Shown one piece after another: positions 59,794-64,000 of a stretch of 64,000 nt of DNA (position 1 is its first letter; each line of letters opens with the position of its first letter). The notes beneath the pieces are model-generated. The model did no database searches, had not been told where the DNA came from, and saw nothing but the letters and a program-made list of their open reading frames with translations. The stretch is from Penicillus capitatus (Eukaryota > Plantae > Chlorophyta): positions 391,411 through 455,410 of the forward strand of contig OZ287708.1 in NCBI GenBank assembly GCA_965649825.1, in the 5' to 3' direction. A program made the translations under genes and the position numbers.

Positions 59794-62700
59794 ATGCCTA
59801 CTGCTCGTCTGACGTCGCGCCAAGTGGCGGTCGGTCAGCACGCATCTCCCTGTTTTCGTCGTCTCTTTTCTCCTGTCGCCTGTGCCGGAAACGAACGCTC
59901 AAATCGTTCATCGTTGTTTTCACGCACGCGTCTGCGCGACAGCTCTAAACTCGACAACACTCTTGTGGCGACTCGGTCGGATTCTTCCGGCGGGGAACGC
60001 GAAACGCACTCGGAGACGACAGCTCTTCTGCGAGAGAAGCAGGAATCCGAGGCCAAAACAGACAGCGAGGGCATAACAGTACTCCCTTCAAAGACGTTTC
60101 ACTTCGACAGTCCATCGGACGACGTGATGCCAACGGAGAAAGAAGAGACGCCAACGTCCGAGAATCCGCCATCCGATCAGGAGAAGGCAGAAGCGCAAAC
60201 TGATGCGGATGGGCAGATCATATCGAGGACAGCAGACATCATCGTAGCGAAGAGACCTTCCAGACCTTCTCTCAGCAGACTTGTGTCGATGAAGAGGGCG
60301 AAGGACGCCAATCAACCCGCTACTGAGGATCCAATCGCCCTTCAGAACACATCACTGCCGGAATCGAGCGCCGTTCCGAATAATGTAACGTATGAACCCG
60401 TGCAGAAGGTGATTGTGGTGAAAAGAAAGCCGCAGCCACCCATAAAGAGGCCTGCCGTTTTACCGAAGCCGACCGTCATCAAACGAGTGGAGGATGTGTT
60501 GGTGGTGCAGAAGTCGTCCGCGTCTAACGCAGCTTCCCAACAGCTTCCGCCGCCAGCTCTTTCCAACGGAGCAAAAGCGATTCTGAAAGGCAAGCCTCTT
60601 CCTAGGACAGAGAACAAACCGGTGCAGCCGCCGGTCGATTCGAAAGAGGAAAAGAGTCCATCAAACTCGGGAGGAGGAAGAGTGATCGAACGACCTCGTC
60701 CAAAGAGTCTCGTGCAGCGATCTGCGAAACGACCAGACCTTCCAAAGATTCCGAGATCGCCAACGCGTGCAAAGATGGATGTCGCAGAGGTTCTGATGAA
60801 GCGAAGAGTCCGCCTCGCAGAACAAGATGAAGAAGCTTCACGCGAGGCGCAATCGGAGCAGAAGAGACTAACACCCCTAGACGACAGCAGCGTGCAAGAC
60901 ACTCCTCCTGCGCTCGACAAGGAATCGGCCGTGGATTCTGACAAAGCGATTTCAAGTAAAAATTCAGTTGTGCAAGACACTCTTGGTTAAAGAGTGCATG
61001 GAGAATTTTTAGATGAAACAAAAGACAATCAAGGCGAAGCTTCACAAGGATCAAACGTCGGGCAATCCTCGGATGACACAAAGAATGTGGCAGACATTCG
61101 TTCGCCGCTCTTGAAGAGTGCTCACACATTGTACGGCGAGAAAGAACTTTCAGCTGACTCAAAGGTCACATCAAATAATGGACAAGTAGATCTGGCACGC
61201 TCTTCTTCGATGACAAGACCGGATGGATCACAGACAGAACAGTCAATGGAGGGCGAGCAACGACATCCATCCACAGAAGCTTCTGGTCAAATTCAACAGG
61301 CGACTCCGCCGAAGAAGAAGGTTCAGCTTGCCAAGAGACCTTTAAGGCCAGGAACTCCATCTAAGAAACCTAAACCTTCGAGAGAGTCTTCCGTCAAAGC
61401 TGCCGTAAAGACCTCTTCGCCCGATATCGACTTCGATCGACAGTTTATGAGGCAGCATGCTGAGAAAGCAAAAGAGAAGAACAAACGTGCACACCAGAAA
61501 TTGGAGGAAGAGCGACAGGAGCGACAAGAGGAAAGAAACCAGTACAGAAGTCCGAAAAAAGAAAAACCGATTTCTGCGAAGAAGGTTGGCAGAACCGATA
61601 TAAGCTTCATGGACAGTCGCCGAAAGGCCCGAACAGAAAGACAAGAAGAACGTGAAAAGGATTCTGATGAAGAGGTCGAGCGCGAAATGATCATCGAGGT
61701 CGGTGCCGAGGGTCTGAGTATTGAAGAACTGGCTGGCCTGCTAGCAATAGACCCGACAGATGTGATGAAGATCCTCTTCGTCAAAGGCATCATGATCGCT
61801 GTCAACCAAACATTGGACACGGAATCCGTCAAAGTTGTGGCGGCGGAAATGGATGTCGAGGTACTGGACAAAACAGAAGAGGACGTGACAGAAATGGCGA
61901 AGAAAGAAGAATCGCTTTGCGAGGACGAAGAGCAAGGTATTATGAAGCGACCTCCTGTCGTGACGGTCATGGGTCATGTCGATCATGGCAAGACATCACT
62001 GCTGGACCACATTCGTCGGACACGCGTGGTGGATGGGGAGGCAGGGGGAATCACACAAGCCATCGGAGCGTATACATGTGAAGTTGAAGTGGAGGGAGAG
62101 AAGAGATCGATCTGTTTTCTGGACACGCCTGGACATGAAGCTTTCAGTGCGATGCGTGCTCGAGGGACACGCGTTACGGACATCGCCATCATCGTCATCG
62201 CAGCCAACGATGGCATCCGTCCTCAGACACTTGAAGCGATCAGTCATGCCAAAGCTGCCGAAGTGCCGATTGTGATTGCCATCAACAAGATCGACATGCC
62301 TGGAGCTGATCCGGAACGGGTCAAAAGAGAACTGAGTGACATTGAGCTGCTGCCTGAGGAATGGGGAGGCAAGACACCCGTCGTTTGCATCAGTGCCAAA
62401 ACAGGAGATAGTAAGTTCGAGTGTTTAGTGATGGACTCTACCAACAGAGGTGCATTCAGATGTGCAGGATCTGTTGGAGATGGTTACGTTGGTATCCGAC
62501 ATCCAATTAGATCTGAGAGCGAATCCGGAAGCATCGGCCAAAGGAACGGTCATTGAGGCGTTCCTTGACAAACGAACTGGCGTTGTGGCGACAGTCTTGG
62601 TGCAGAACGGAACGTTACATATCGGAGAAGCTGTTGTTGCTGGCGCGGCGTACGGTAAGGTCCGTAGCCTGACAGATGAACGAAAACAGACTGTCAGTGA

Positions 62701-63631
62701 CGCGGGACCATCGACGGCAGTTCAAATGCTGGGCTTCCACGAAATTCCGGCCGCTGGAGATGTCTTTGCTGTCTGCTCAGACGAAACAGAGGTATTCGAG
62801 CACAGTTGATCCGTTTGATCAACAAAGCACCTCTAGGCGAAAGCGGAAGCTGAGAAGGCAGCCGAAAGAATACGCCGGCAACATTTGTTGGAAGCTGCAG
62901 GCGGTGGAAGTATGGTGACACTGTCATCTCTTGCCTCTGTTGACGATGAGGACGTCGATGCCCTACAGCGCCTCAATTTGGTGCTCAAGGGTGACACTTC
63001 GGGCTCCATCGAGGCAATAAAGGGTGCTCTGTCTAAGCTTCCACAGGAGGCCGTTGTGATCCGCTATCTCCACATATCTCCGGGAGATATCACGGAGTCC
63101 GATATCTTATTAGCAGCTGCTGCCGAAGGCATGGTTGTGGGATTCAATGTATCTGCCCGTGAAGATATCAAGGCCGTTGCTAAACAGAAAGGCGTCCAGC
63201 TGCAGAACTATACGATTATTTACGACCTCATCGATGACATCCGTGCCAAGATGGAAGGCAGGTTAAAACCGACAGAAGATCGGTTGCCGATCGGCGCTGC
63301 CAAAGTCCGTGCCGTATTCGGAAGCGGCAGTCTCCGTGTGGCAGGCTGTATGGTAACGGAGGGACGTTTGGAGAAGGGCTGCCTCATCAAAGTCTCCAGA
63401 AAGAAGGCCACGGTCTACGAAGGCCCATTGACCTCACTGCGTCGTATCAAAGACAAGGTCGAGGAAGTGTCTGCCGGATTGGAGTGTGGCGTCGGATGCG
63501 ATGGCTATTCTGAATGGCTCGAAGGTGATCTGATCGAAGCGTTCACGGTCGTGCAGAAACAGATGACACTGGAAGACTCCCGTGCGACGATGGCGATGGA
63601 CGAAACTGAGTTGCAAGACCTCATTGGCTAA
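59794..63631 (+). CDS. infB: Translation initiation factor IF-2, chloroplast, multi-exon
   Basis: [20 protein letters not shown]; [10 protein letters not shown]; LDTPGHEAF; INKID; C-terminal ECGVG; in-frame intron ~60956-61011. Confidence 0.96.
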
Positions 63632-63699
63632 TTCATTTTTTGCTATTCTTTTTCACGTGACAGAATATTGATTCGTTGTTGTATCGGCATCTTTAAGAG

Positions 63700-64000
63700 A
63701 ATCCCATTCCAGTGCAAGAGAAGGAGGGATATCACCGCGTCCCTTTCTACTTGGTTGTCAGATCGTAGAGACCGCAGATGCGACCCTTGCCACCCGCGAC
63801 GAAACGTTTCCAGTTCGATGGATGGAAGGCCAAAGACGTCACTGCCTGCTGACAGTTCTCTCTGTTCTTTTTGTACGGACGGATGCTGCTAATCTGCAAA
63901 ACGCTCTCAGCAATCCGTTCTTCCTTATGGATTAGATGCTTACGTTTTCTCCGTCTGTCGACCACACTTTGATGACGGGATGCAGTGAGGCCGAAACCAG
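63700..64000 (-). CDS. Possible WD40-repeat fragment (partial, window edge)
   Basis: AVTSLAFHPSNWKRFVAGGK resembles a WD40 blade. Confidence 0.3.

Noticed and set aside
59143-60990. 615-aa ORF suggesting a fructokinase-IF2 fusion
   Set aside because: The first ~220 aa are an alternative frame over the kinase gene; IF2 plausibly starts at 59794, and a long charged N-terminus is normal for plastid IF2

Overview
Eukaryotic nuclear DNA from a green alga (chlorophyte). This is inferred from plastid-targeted Lil3, IF2 and AK-HSDH genes, ~50-nt GT-AG introns, TGTAA poly(A) signals and a standard genetic code. Ordinary host genes (kinesin-like, Trx/Moco-sulfurase-like, cereblon-like, Lil3, two MYG1 paralogs, AK-HSDH, fructokinase, plastid IF2) are interleaved with four copies of an unrecognised cassette: copy 1 on + at ~4.8-9.9 kb, and copies 2-4 on - at ~24.2-28.9, 34.4-39.7 and 47.5-53.5 kb. 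Each copy has the same order. A TATA box precedes a 3-exon orphan gene encoding a Pro-rich protein. Intron 1 is exactly 172 nt in all copies and contains a 49-bp-stem RNA hairpin. An AT-rich leader with a conserved ~70-bp motif follows, then 2-3 kb of copy-specific minisatellites (36, 49-58 and 41-42 bp units) built combinatorially from related half-units. Copies 1 and 2 lie inside a ~10.7-kb inverted repeat flanking five host genes. The four copies are reciprocal mosaics of two promoter/gene types and two upstream flanks. By eye I found no transposase, RT, integrase or Rep/Hel motif, so the mobilisation mechanism and function are unknown. Coordinates were read by eye and repeat boundaries are approximate.
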